A DNA stretch of 64,000 nucleotides from Candidatus Cryptobacteroides sp. (GTDB taxonomy: Bacteria > Bacteroidota > Bacteroidia > Bacteroidales > UBA932): positions 22,228 through 86,227 of the forward strand of contig JBGUPS010000014.1 of NCBI GenBank assembly GCA_045130395.1, given 5' to 3'. Shown one piece after another: positions 27,794 to 36,862 of the stretch. Below the pieces are notes generated by a model, which was given only the letters and a program-made list of their open reading frames with translations, did no database searches and was not told where the DNA came from. A program made the translations under genes and the position numbers. The stretch's first letter is position 1, and each line of letters opens with the position of its first letter.

Positions 27794-27821
27794 GAGATGC
27801 CCGGTCGGGGCCGGGCATGAC
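27794..27821 (-). repeat. REP-like palindrome at the right edge of the R-M island
   Basis: Exact reverse complement of 20394-20421 and 17812-17839. Confidence 0.8.
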
Positions 27822-28090
27822 GGGAAAGGGTTGTATTGCAAGGAGCATAACATTCCGTTCTAATATTTGACAGGAAGATACAACTACCTTATACCTGCAA
27901 CGGCTTCCGTTTGCGGGAAACATAGTCATTGGAGCCGGGCATGGCGAAAGAGGCTGGTATGCAAGTAGCTTATTTTCAGACTATTACGAGTATCGACACT
28001 CCCTCTTTTGAAGGGGGCTCGATTACTTATCTTACTGAGTATCTGCGGATTATGTGCCAGGCATAGCCGGCCATGATGACATGATGAAAA

Positions 28091-28172
28091 GAGATGGCCG
28101 ATCAGGTCGGCCATGACGGGAAGAAGCCGGGCATAAGGGAAAAGGAGATCCCGGGTCAAGCCCGGGATGAGG
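28091..28172 (-). repeat. REP-like cluster
   Basis: GAGATGGCCGATCAGGTCGGCCATGAC (28091-28117) and GATCCCGGGTCAAGCCCGGGATGAGG (28147-28172). Confidence 0.75.
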
Positions 28173-28190
28173 GGAAAGAGCCAGCCATGA

Positions 28191-28619
28191 CTAGGGTTTC
28201 AAGCACCTCACCAAATCCTCCAAACTGCCTACCACTTTATCAAACAGCTTGTACATCAGTTCTGGCTCTACCACTTCGGGGATGTAGACGATGACGCGCT
28301 TGCCTTGGCCGGACATCCAGCCGGCTTCGGTGTGGGCGCTGCGACCGCAAGGGAGGACGAGGACGCAGGTGTCGGCTTGCTCCAGGGCTTCCAGATCGGC
28401 GGCGAACTGACGTTCTGACAGCGGATGGTGCAATCCCTCGGCGTACTCTTCGAAGGTCCAGTTGGGGGCGTTTTTGTCTACGTCTGTCCAGTGGAAGCCG
28501 GGCCCGCCATGCGGAGGGTTCCGGAAGTCGTAGACATCGTGACCTTCGGCCCTGAGGCGCTTTACCACCTCGGGGTAATACGGGTTCCTCCAGCTGGAGG
28601 CAACATAGATACTTGCCAT
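28191..28619 (-). CDS. nucleoside 2-deoxyribosyltransferase-like protein
   Basis: IYVASSWRN, D...L..AD..VLVLPCGRSAHTEAGW..G.GK.VIVY: NDT/Rcl-like fold with the catalytic Glu motif. Confidence 0.7.
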   Translation of the reverse strand: MASIYVASSWRNPYYPEVVKRLRAEGHDVYDFRNPPHGGPGFHWTDVDKNAPNWTFEEYAEGLHHPLSERQFAADLEALEQADTCVLVLPCGRSAHTEAGWMSGQGKRVIVYIPEVVEPELMYKLFDKVVGSLEDLVRCLKP

Positions 28620-28629
28620 AGGCCCAAAA

Positions 28630-28959
28630 CTATTTCAGGATTAGTTCCTGGATGAATGAGGCGGTGCGGTTGTCGGGGGTGAAGAGGTCGTCGGTGGAGA
28701 GGAAGGCGTTCATTTTTTCCACGAGGACGTCGCGCTGGAAATACAGCTGGTTGCGGATGACGGAGGAGCTGAGGGTAATGTAGAGCTTGCCGCTGCGGAA
28801 GAAGCGTTTGAGGGTGAAGGGGGCGGCGCCGGAGCAGGCGTCCCAGGCGGCGAAAACCCGCTGGGTGTTGAGTCCGGTGGCCAATTTCATGGATTTAATG
28901 TACTGCTGGACAATCTCTTCCATGCCCACCGCTTCCTTTCTATGGATCCTCACTGCCAT
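28630..28959 (-). CDS. DUF721/DciA-family protein
   Basis: AAW....G, GKLYITLSSSVIRNQL; directly downstream of recF as usual. Confidence 0.8.
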   Translation of the reverse strand: MAVRIHRKEAVGMEEIVQQYIKSMKLATGLNTQRVFAAWDACSGAAPFTLKRFFRSGKLYITLSSSVIRNQLYFQRDVLVEKMNAFLSTDDLFTPDNRTASFIQELILK

Positions 28960-28962
28960 AGC

Positions 28963-30057
28963 CTATACACGGGTAAAAGCACCGCCGGAAGCGGTAAAGT
29001 AAGCGCGGTCTTCGGTAATGCGGTCCACGATGCCGGAAAGGCGCGCGGCGTCCGTATCCGTAATAAAAATCTGGCCGAAATCCTGGCCGGCGACCATGCC
29101 AATTAAATTGGAAATTCTATTCAAATCCAGCTTGTCGAAGACATCGTCCAGGAGCAGCATGGGCGCAAAGCCGTAGGAGCGCTTCATGATTTCGTACTGC
29201 GCGAACTTGAGCGAAACCAGGAACGATTTCTGCTGTCCTTGCGAGCCGGCGCGGCGGATAGGATGGCCATTCATTGTAAAAAGGAAATCGTCCCGCTGGA
29301 CGCCGGAAGCCGTGTAACGCAACTTAAAGTCTTGCTCACGATGGGCCGCGAAAACCTCTGACAATGAACCGTTAAACAAGTCGGACTTATACTCGATGGC
29401 CACCTCTTCCCCACCCCCGGAAATGAGTTTGTAATACTCCGCCACAACGGGCTGCAAGTCCTTGGCCAGACGCGCGCGACCAGCATGCACCGTAGCGGCC
29501 GGACCGGCCATCCGTTCGTCCAGAACGGCGAGCAGCGAAGCGTCCGGAAGCGGGTCCTTGAGGATTTTATTGCGCTGGGCCAGCAGGCGGTTATAGGCCT
29601 GCACAGCAGCCAGATATTCGCGGTCCATCTGCGACAGAACGGCATTGGAAAGCCGCCGGCGTTCTTCACCAGACTCACTCACCAGGGCGATATCCCCGGG
29701 CGAAACCATCACCAGCGGAAGCACGCCGATGTGCTCGCCCATGCGCACGTAGGGCTTATCGTCCCTAACCAGCTTTTTCCCGTCCTTGGTGACCTGCAGG
29801 GCAAAACGCGACTCCAGGCCGTTCTCCATGGCATAGGTGCCGCCTAAAGTAAATCCGGCCGTTCCATAGCGGAAATTGGCCGCATCCGGGGCCGGGAAAG
29901 CGCTTTTGGTCATGGACAAATAATAGATAGCATCCAGCAGATTGGTCTTCCCTTCCCCATTGTTGCCGCTGATACAGTTGACGTTGGGGCTGAACGAAAG
30001 TTCCTGGAAAGAGATGTTCCGGAAATCCTGTACTACTATTTTCTTGAGTGTGGGCAT
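28963..30057 (-). CDS. recF: DNA replication/repair protein RecF
   Basis: FRN, GNNGEGKTNLLDAIY (Walker A), GSQGQQK, LLLDDVFDKLD. Confidence 0.95.
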   Translation of the reverse strand: MPTLKKIVVQDFRNISFQELSFSPNVNCISGNNGEGKTNLLDAIYYLSMTKSAFPAPDAANFRYGTAGFTLGGTYAMENGLESRFALQVTKDGKKLVRDDKPYVRMGEHIGVLPLVMVSPGDIALVSESGEERRRLSNAVLSQMDREYLAAVQAYNRLLAQRNKILKDPLPDASLLAVLDERMAGPAATVHAGRARLAKDLQPVVAEYYKLISGGGEEVAIEYKSDLFNGSLSEVFAAHREQDFKLRYTASGVQRDDFLFTMNGHPIRRAGSQGQQKSFLVSLKFAQYEIMKRSYGFAPMLLLDDVFDKLDLNRISNLIGMVAGQDFGQIFITDTDAARLSGIVDRITEDRAYFTASGGAFTRV

Positions 30058-30152
30058 AAACGAGCGCAATAATCAATTGCAAATATATAATATTTTTCGT
30101 AAATTTGCGGGCTAATTGCAAGTCAAACGATAAGTAAAAACAACAAAATAGT

Positions 30153-30833
30153 ATGGCAAAAGTAACTAAGAAAGAGGAAGAGCTCCGTCAGCAGAACATG
30201 CAGGAAGCTGTTTCCAAGACCGAAGATTTCTTCAAAAAGTATGGCAACATGATGTACGGCTGCATCCTGGCCATCCTTATCGTAGCCCTGGCCGTCCTGG
30301 CCTACAACCGTTTCATCCTGCAGCCCAAGAAGCAGCAGGCCACCGACCAGATGGCCCAGGCAGAGCGCTGGTTCCTGGCCGGTGAATATGAACTGGCCCT
30401 CAACGGTGACGAAAACGATCCCGGCCTGCTGGACATCATCGACCAGTATGGTTCCAAAGCCGGTGAAGCCGTGTACATGTACGCCGGTGTCGCTTCCCTT
30501 CAGACGGGCGACTTCCAGGGCGCCATCGACCAGCTCAAGAAATACGACGGCAAGGATCCTATCATGAAAGCCCGCGCAGAGGCCTGCATCGGTGACGCTT
30601 ACGCCGAGCTCCAGGATTACAAGAACGCCGTTTCCTACTACCAGAAGGCTGCCAAAACCACGGACAACGCCCTTGCCGCCGCTTATCTCCTGAAGGCCGG
30701 CATCGTTGCCGAAGAGGCTGGCGACAAGGCCCAGGCCCTCTCCTTCTATAAGGAAATCAAGGACAAGTGGGGCAACGCTCCCGAGTCCATGGAAATCGAC
30801 AAGTACATCTCTCGTATCGAAATCGCCGAATAA
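30153..30833 (+). CDS. membrane-anchored tetratricopeptide-repeat protein (YfgM-like)
   Basis: Single N-terminal TM, then TPR-like helices (IGDAYAELQDY..AVSYYQKAA). Confidence 0.8.
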   Translation: MAKVTKKEEELRQQNMQEAVSKTEDFFKKYGNMMYGCILAILIVALAVLAYNRFILQPKKQQATDQMAQAERWFLAGEYELALNGDENDPGLLDIIDQYGSKAGEAVYMYAGVASLQTGDFQGAIDQLKKYDGKDPIMKARAEACIGDAYAELQDYKNAVSYYQKAAKTTDNALAAAYLLKAGIVAEEAGDKAQALSFYKEIKDKWGNAPESMEIDKYISRIEIAE

Positions 30834-30835
30834 TT

Positions 30836-31594
30836 ATGGGAAGAGCGTTTGAATTCCGTAAAGAGCGCAAGATGAAGCGCTGGGGCCACATGGCCAAAAC
30901 CTTTACCAAACTGGGCAAAGAAATCACCATCGCCGTCAAGCAGGGCGGTGCGGAAGTAACCGGTAACCCCCGTCTCCGCGCCCTCATCGCCGAGGCCAAG
31001 AGTGAGCAGATGCCCAAGGAAAACATTGAACGCGCCATCAAGAAGGCCACCGAGGCCAAAACCGGCGACTTCAAAGAACTTGTCTATGAAGGCTTCGGTC
31101 CCTTCGGTATCGCCTACCTGGTAGAGGCTGCAACGGACAACAACACCCGCACCGTGGCCAACGTCCGCAGCTACTTCACCAAGTGCGGCGGTTCCCTGCA
31201 AACCAGCGGTTCCGTTGCCTTCATGTTCGACCACAAATGCGTATTCCGCATCAAGGAAGATCCCGCCAAGCCCATCGACGTAGAAGAGCTGGAGCTGGAA
31301 CTCATCGACTTTGGCGCTGAAGAAGTGTTCAAGCAGGAAGTGGAAGACGAAGACGAGAACGTGCATGTAGAGATTTCCATCTACGGAGACTATACCGCTT
31401 ACGGCCAAATCCAGAAATACATCGAGGAAAAAGGTTATGAGCTGGTTTCCGGCGGCTTCGAACAAATCCCCAACGTTGACCTGAAGGAAGTAACCCCTGA
31501 ACAACGAGCCACGCTGGAGAAACTCACCGGCCTCCTGGAGGACGATGAAGACGTGACCAACGTCTACACCACCATGGCTCCCGAAGCGGAGTAA
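30836..31594 (+). CDS. YebC/PmpR family protein
   Basis: MGRAFEFRK, NPRLR, MPKENIERAI, YEGFGP.G, TDNNTRT, DVTNVY. Confidence 0.93.
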   Translation: MGRAFEFRKERKMKRWGHMAKTFTKLGKEITIAVKQGGAEVTGNPRLRALIAEAKSEQMPKENIERAIKKATEAKTGDFKELVYEGFGPFGIAYLVEAATDNNTRTVANVRSYFTKCGGSLQTSGSVAFMFDHKCVFRIKEDPAKPIDVEELELELIDFGAEEVFKQEVEDEDENVHVEISIYGDYTAYGQIQKYIEEKGYELVSGGFEQIPNVDLKEVTPEQRATLEKLTGLLEDDEDVTNVYTTMAPEAE

Positions 31595-32493
31595 TGCGGA
31601 AAGTCCTACCAGTTATTTGTTTAACATTACTTCTCACTATGTCGTCCTGCGGCGTAGTGAGATTTCGTAATGCCCCCACGTATCATGCGGGGGTACCCAA
31701 CAAGGTAGGATATGATCACGAGGGCATCATAGAAGAGGTTTATCACGATTGCAGCGTTCCCGGTCCCACGCAGCGCCGGATGATCGTGTACCTTCCCAAG
31801 GACTATTACGAGAATCAAAAACGCTACCCGGTCTTTTACCTCCTGCACGGGGCCCGCGGCTACGAAACCTCCTGGATCCGCAAAGGCTTTGTCTATGAAA
31901 CCACCGACAGCCTTTTCCGGAGCGGCCTGGCCACGCCCTGCATCGTGGTGATGCCCAACATGAACCAGTACAACAACGACCGTGACTATGACGATTCCCG
32001 CTTCAAGGATGCCTTCGAGTCCATCCTGGAGGTAAACGGCGTGGTGGAAACCGCCTTCATGGACGATGTCGTTGCTACGGTAGACAGCCTGTACAGAACC
32101 ATTCCAGACAAGGCGCACCGTGCCATAGCCGGCCTGTCCATCGGCGGCTGGCAGAGCGTCTGGATTGCCCTGAACAACCCGGAAAGCTTCGATTATATCG
32201 GCGCGTACTCCCCTTACACCTGGTGCATGAGCGCCCCCAACGCCTACCGCCGGCACTTCTATAGCGGCCTGTATCGCAAACTCAAGGTACAATTCCAGAA
32301 CCCGCCCAAGGGCTATTACCTGTATGCGGGTAAAAAAGACATGATGCGGCCCTCCACCCAAAGCTTACACAGGGTGCTGGAAGAGCGTAACTATGCGCAT
32401 GAGTACATTCTCTACCCCGGCGGCCACGACTGGCCGGATGGCTGGATAGACGAATACCGTGATATGCTCCAGCGCGTGTTTAAAGAGCAATAA
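31594..32493 (+). CDS. lipoprotein alpha/beta-hydrolase esterase (CE1-like)
   Basis: Lipobox; VYLP..Y...YPVFYLLHG; AIAGLSIGG nucleophile; GGHDW. Confidence 0.85.
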   Translation: MRKVLPVICLTLLLTMSSCGVVRFRNAPTYHAGVPNKVGYDHEGIIEEVYHDCSVPGPTQRRMIVYLPKDYYENQKRYPVFYLLHGARGYETSWIRKGFVYETTDSLFRSGLATPCIVVMPNMNQYNNDRDYDDSRFKDAFESILEVNGVVETAFMDDVVATVDSLYRTIPDKAHRAIAGLSIGGWQSVWIALNNPESFDYIGAYSPYTWCMSAPNAYRRHFYSGLYRKLKVQFQNPPKGYYLYAGKKDMMRPSTQSLHRVLEERNYAHEYILYPGGHDWPDGWIDEYRDMLQRVFKEQ

Positions 32494-32496
32494 ACT

Positions 32497-33672
32497 ATGA
32501 AAATCCTTTTTGTTTTAAATAACTTATATTCTACGGGAAACGGTCTGGCAGCCTCGGCCCGCCGCACGGTGGAATACCTGCGGAAAGCCGGTCACGAGGT
32601 CCGCGTCATGTCCGGTCCCAACCACAAGGATCCCAGCGTAAAGCCGGACTACCTGCTGGAGGACTACAAGTTTCCCATCGTCCAGCCCATCGTGGTGGCA
32701 CAAGGCTACGGCTTTTCCCAGAGCAATCTGCCCCTGATGGAAGAGGCCGCCAAGTGGGCCGATGTCATCCACCTGGAAGAGCCCTTCGTGATTGAGTGCC
32801 GCATGATCAAAATCTGCGAGAGGCTGGGCAAACCCATCACAGGAACCTATCACCTGCATCCGGAGAACATCACCAACTCCCTGGGCCCGCTCGTGCACTG
32901 GAAACGCCTGAACTGGAAAATCCTGACCGCCTGGCGAGAGCACGCCTTCAATCATTACGATTGCATCCAGTGCCCCACGGAGAACGTCATGGATCGTCTG
33001 CGCCGTTACCATGTTAAAGCGCACTGCATGGTCATTTCCAACGGCCTTGTACCCGATGCCTGCATCCGCCCGGAAACGCCCCCGGCAGACTACGAAAGCC
33101 CAGAGCGGCCGCTCAACGTGGTTTATATCGGCCGCCTGTCCCGTGAAAAAGACCAGCCCACGCTGCTGGAAGCCATGAAACACAGCAAGTACGCAAAACG
33201 CATCCAACTGCGCTTCGCGGGCAAGGGTCCCACCGCACGGAGAATCCAACGGATGGCCCACAAACTGTACACGGACGGTGTGCTGGCCTATGACCCCATC
33301 TTCACCTTCGAAACCCGCGATTCCCTGCGCCAGCTGGCCGCCAATGCCGATTTGTGCGTCCATTGCGCCACCATCGAGGTAGAAGGCCTCTCCATCATGG
33401 AAGCGATGCAGCAAGGCGTCGTGCCCGTCATTGCCCAAGGTCGATACAGCGGCACTTCCCAGTTCGCACTGGACCGCCGCAGCATCTTCCCGGAGCAAAA
33501 TCCCGAGGCCCTCGCCCACCGCATCGACTACTGGCTCTCCCATCCCAAGGAGCGCTGGGAGATGGGCAAGAAGTACGTGGAGCACATGGAGAAGTACGAC
33601 ATCCGCAAATCCGTGGAGCAGTTGGTGGAAATGTTCCAGATAGCTATTGATTCTAAGGCCAAAAAGCAGTAG
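32497..33672 (+). CDS. glycosyltransferase family 4 (GT-B)
   Basis: NG...S..R, VYIGRLSREK, E.EGLSIMEAM..G. Confidence 0.85.
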   Translation: MKILFVLNNLYSTGNGLAASARRTVEYLRKAGHEVRVMSGPNHKDPSVKPDYLLEDYKFPIVQPIVVAQGYGFSQSNLPLMEEAAKWADVIHLEEPFVIECRMIKICERLGKPITGTYHLHPENITNSLGPLVHWKRLNWKILTAWREHAFNHYDCIQCPTENVMDRLRRYHVKAHCMVISNGLVPDACIRPETPPADYESPERPLNVVYIGRLSREKDQPTLLEAMKHSKYAKRIQLRFAGKGPTARRIQRMAHKLYTDGVLAYDPIFTFETRDSLRQLAANADLCVHCATIEVEGLSIMEAMQQGVVPVIAQGRYSGTSQFALDRRSIFPEQNPEALAHRIDYWLSHPKERWEMGKKYVEHMEKYDIRKSVEQLVEMFQIAIDSKAKKQ

Positions 33673-33681
33673 CTTTGTAAC

Positions 33682-34554
33682 ATGGGAACGCAAAAAAAGT
33701 CAAGCTATTACAAAGTTGCCGGCCTGTGCTTCCGCCTGGACGGTCCTGTTCCGGAACTGGCCAACCTGGCGCCTTTCCGCTGCCAGGAGGAGGGCGAACT
33801 GCTGTTCACCTTGGAACTTGTAAGCAGCATGCCTTTGTTGACCGCCACGCCGGTTTTCTGCACCGACGACGGTCCCGGTTTCCCGGAAATCGCCATCGAC
33901 CAGTTAGCGGACGGCAGTTACCGTTTCCGTATGCGCCCCCTGCCCGGTCAGCCTGTTGCGGCGGAACTTCGTACCAATAGCGAATTCACCCGGGCACAAC
34001 TCATGTTTGTGGAAGGAGACACCCACTTTGCCCTGAACAACTCGCTCATGCTGCTGTATGCGTTTGCATCGGCCTGTAAAGGCGTGCTGGAAATGCATTC
34101 ATCCGTAGTGGTAAACGACGGGAAAGGCTATCTGTTCCTGGGCAAGAGCGGCACCGGAAAAAGCACCCATAGCAGCCTGTGGCTCAAGCACATACCGGGC
34201 ACGATGCTCCTGAACGATGACAACCCCATCCTGCGTCTGATGCCGGACGGCAGCGCCCGTGTATTCGGCTCGCCCTGGAGCGGAAAAACCCCTTGCTACA
34301 AGAATTTGGACTTCCCGGCCGGCGCCGTTGTGCGCATCCGCCAGGCTCCGTTCAACAAGATAGAAAAACTGCCGCCTGTGCAGGCTTATGCCTCCCTGAT
34401 GGCATCGGCCTCCAGTTTCCGTCCTTTCAAAGCGCTGGCAGAGGGCTGGCACACCACCCTGGAAGGCCTGGTGGGCGTACTCCCCTGCTACGTGCTGGAC
34501 TGCCTGCCGGACCAGGCCGCAGCGGAACTTTGCCACAAGACCGTCCATGGATAA
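33682..34554 (+). CDS. HPr-kinase-related P-loop kinase
   Basis: MHSSVV, LFLGKSGTGKST (Walker A), LLNDD, FGSPWSGK. Confidence 0.75.
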   Translation: MGTQKKSSYYKVAGLCFRLDGPVPELANLAPFRCQEEGELLFTLELVSSMPLLTATPVFCTDDGPGFPEIAIDQLADGSYRFRMRPLPGQPVAAELRTNSEFTRAQLMFVEGDTHFALNNSLMLLYAFASACKGVLEMHSSVVVNDGKGYLFLGKSGTGKSTHSSLWLKHIPGTMLLNDDNPILRLMPDGSARVFGSPWSGKTPCYKNLDFPAGAVVRIRQAPFNKIEKLPPVQAYASLMASASSFRPFKALAEGWHTTLEGLVGVLPCYVLDCLPDQAAAELCHKTVHG

Positions 34555-34972
34555 ACGCATCGTCGCCAACGAAATCCTGCTGGAAGAAGCCGCCACGCTC
34601 ATGCAGGAAGGACGGGACGTAACGTTCACGCCTCTTGGAAGCAGCATGCTGCCTTTCATCCGCGGAGGCAAAGACGCCGTCCGGCTGCACAAGATGGACG
34701 ATGTAAAGGTGGGCGATATGCTCCTGGTCCGCCTGGACGGCCGCTATGTGCTGCACCGCTGCATCGGCAAAGAAGGAAAACAGCTCACCCTGATGGGCGA
34801 TGGCAACCTGGTGGGAACGGAGAGCTGTACCACGGACGATGTCCTGGGCACCGTTGTGGGCATCGTCAAGAACGGAAAAGAGCGTAAACCCGGCGACGGG
34901 CGCCTCTGGCGAACCACCCTGAAGCCGTTCAGAAGATATATTTTAGCCATATATAGGAGATTACCCTTATGA
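34547..34972 (+). CDS. S24/S26-family peptidase
   Basis: G.SMLPFI (Ser), VGD, YVLHR (His), MGDGN. Confidence 0.8.
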   Translation: MDKRIVANEILLEEAATLMQEGRDVTFTPLGSSMLPFIRGGKDAVRLHKMDDVKVGDMLLVRLDGRYVLHRCIGKEGKQLTLMGDGNLVGTESCTTDDVLGTVVGIVKNGKERKPGDGRLWRTTLKPFRRYILAIYRRLPL

Positions 34973-35238
34973 AAATCAAAGACGGATTCATCCTGCGCTC
35001 CATCTGCGGAGAATTCATTGTGGTGGGCGAAGGCCTGGCCCAGGTGAATTTCAACAAGATGCTCTCCCTGAACGAGAGCGCCGCCTACCTTTGGAAAGAG
35101 GTGGAAGGCAAGACGTTCACCCAGGAGGACCTGGTGCAGCTGCTGCTGGACAAATACGAAGTCAGCAAGGAGCAGGCTGCCGCCGATGTGGAAAAGCTCA
35201 CCGCCACCTGGATCAAAGAAGGCGTAGTAGAAGCATAA
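34969..35238 (+). CDS. PqqD-family protein (RiPP recognition element)
   Basis: 89 aa; FILR.I.GE.IVV, LNESAAYLW, L...YEV...A..DV..L...W...G.VE. Confidence 0.88.
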   Translation: MKIKDGFILRSICGEFIVVGEGLAQVNFNKMLSLNESAAYLWKEVEGKTFTQEDLVQLLLDKYEVSKEQAAADVEKLTATWIKEGVVEA

Positions 35239-35239
35239 G

Positions 35240-36862
35240 ATGAAGAGTTTCAAGGCCTGCGTCAAGACCATCTGGTCCCTTTCCCGCCCCGTTAGGTGGC
35301 GGATCGCCATTACCGTGGCGGTCGGGGGCGTGGGTACTGCCGTTTCGCTGGCCTTCGTCTCTTACAGCAAATACCTGGTAGACATCGTCACTGGCGAGAA
35401 TCCGGATCCGCTGGGGCCCGCCGTGGGCTTCTTTATCGGCATCCTGGTCTTGCAGCTCGCCACCATGCTTTTTGCCAACTGGTGGAATGCCTACAACCAG
35501 GTTAAGACGCAGAACATCCTACGCAAGGACCTTTTCGGCCATGTGATGAAAAGTCGATGGGATGGTCGCGAGCGTTTCCTCTCCGGAGACACCGTCAACC
35601 GCCTGGAAGAGGACATCCGCGTGGTGGCGGAGCTGATTTGCGACCGCATCCCGGGCATCCTGGTCACCATCATCCAGCTCCTGGCCGCCAGCGCTTACCT
35701 GCTCATCCTGTCCCCCAACCTGCTTTGGGTACTCATCATCCTGATGGGCACCGCCGTGTTGGGCTCCAAAATGTTCTTCCGCCAGCTGCGCCAACTCATG
35801 GCTAACATCCGCGCCCGCGAGAGCGAACTCCAGCAACTCATGCAGGAAAGCCTGCAGCACCGTGTGCTGGTCCTCACCCTCACCAACGTGGAACGCGTGC
35901 TGGAAAAATTCGGTTGGTTACAGGCCGATGTCGAGGACAACACCCGTAAGCGCCTCAATTACAACGCAGTAGCGCGCGGACTCATGTTCTTTGGTTTCCA
36001 GGCTGGCCACGCCGCCGCCTTCCTCTGGGGTGTCTTTGGCATCCGCGCCGGCACCGTCACTTTCGGTACGATGACCGCCTTCCTGCAACTCGTCGGCCGG
36101 GTTCAGCGTCCCATTGCCGATTTCGGCCGCCAGGTTCCCGCCTTCATCACCGCCCTCACCTCGGTGGAGCGCCTGATGGACCTGCAAGAACTGGAGCAGG
36201 AGCCGCTGGAGGCCCCCATCATGCTCCCCGGCGCCCCCACCATCACCGTCTCGCACGTCACTTACAATTATCCGGGCGTTTCAGAACCCGTGCTCAAGGA
36301 CTTCTCCTGCACTTTCCCTTCCGGACAGATGACCGCCATCGCCGGCCCTACCGGCATTGGAAAAAGCACCCTCATCCGCATGATTCTGGGCCTGTTGAAG
36401 CCCACCGAAGGGGAAATTACTATCGACAATATCCCCGCCGGGAGTGCCCTCAGGGGCAATTTCATGTATATTCCGCAGGGGAATTCCCTCCTCAGCGGCA
36501 CCATCCGTTCCAACCTCCTGCTGGCGGCGCCCCATGCCACGGAAGAAGCGCTACGGGAGGCGCTGGATACCGCCATGGCCCAGTTTGTCTGGGAACTGCC
36601 CAAAGGCCTGGACACCCCTTGCGGTGAGGTGGGCAGCGGCCTGAGCGAAGGCCAGGCCCAGCGCATCGCCATTGCGCGCGCCTTGCTGCGTCCGGGCGGC
36701 GTGCTCATTCTGGACGAGAGTACATCGGCCCTGGATCCGGAGACGGAAAAACGGCTGCTGGAGAACCTCCACAGCCGTTATCACGGGAAAAAGACCCTTC
36801 TATTCATCTCGCATCGCGAAGCCGTTACTCAATCAGCCGATGCTATCGTGCGCCTGGATTAG
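35240..36862 (+). CDS. ABC exporter, fused permease and ATPase
   Basis: N-terminal TM domain; GPTGIGKST, LSEGQAQR, ILDESTSALD, ISHR. Confidence 0.92.
   Translation: MKSFKACVKTIWSLSRPVRWRIAITVAVGGVGTAVSLAFVSYSKYLVDIVTGENPDPLGPAVGFFIGILVLQLATMLFANWWNAYNQVKTQNILRKDLFGHVMKSRWDGRERFLSGDTVNRLEEDIRVVAELICDRIPGILVTIIQLLAASAYLLILSPNLLWVLIILMGTAVLGSKMFFRQLRQLMANIRARESELQQLMQESLQHRVLVLTLTNVERVLEKFGWLQADVEDNTRKRLNYNAVARGLMFFGFQAGHAAAFLWGVFGIRAGTVTFGTMTAFLQLVGRVQRPIADFGRQVPAFITALTSVERLMDLQELEQEPLEAPIMLPGAPTITVSHVTYNYPGVSEPVLKDFSCTFPSGQMTAIAGPTGIGKSTLIRMILGLLKPTEGEITIDNIPAGSALRGNFMYIPQGNSLLSGTIRSNLLLAAPHATEEALREALDTAMAQFVWELPKGLDTPCGEVGSGLSEGQAQRIAIARALLRPGGVLILDESTSALDPETEKRLLENLHSRYHGKKTLLFISHREAVTQSADAIVRLD

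Noticed and set aside
15421-28200. Integrative element or prophage inserted at ssrA
   Set aside because: No tyrosine integrase or large serine integrase, no phage or conjugation genes, and no direct repeat of the tmRNA 3' end (only an 8-bp TCACCTCC at about 16199).
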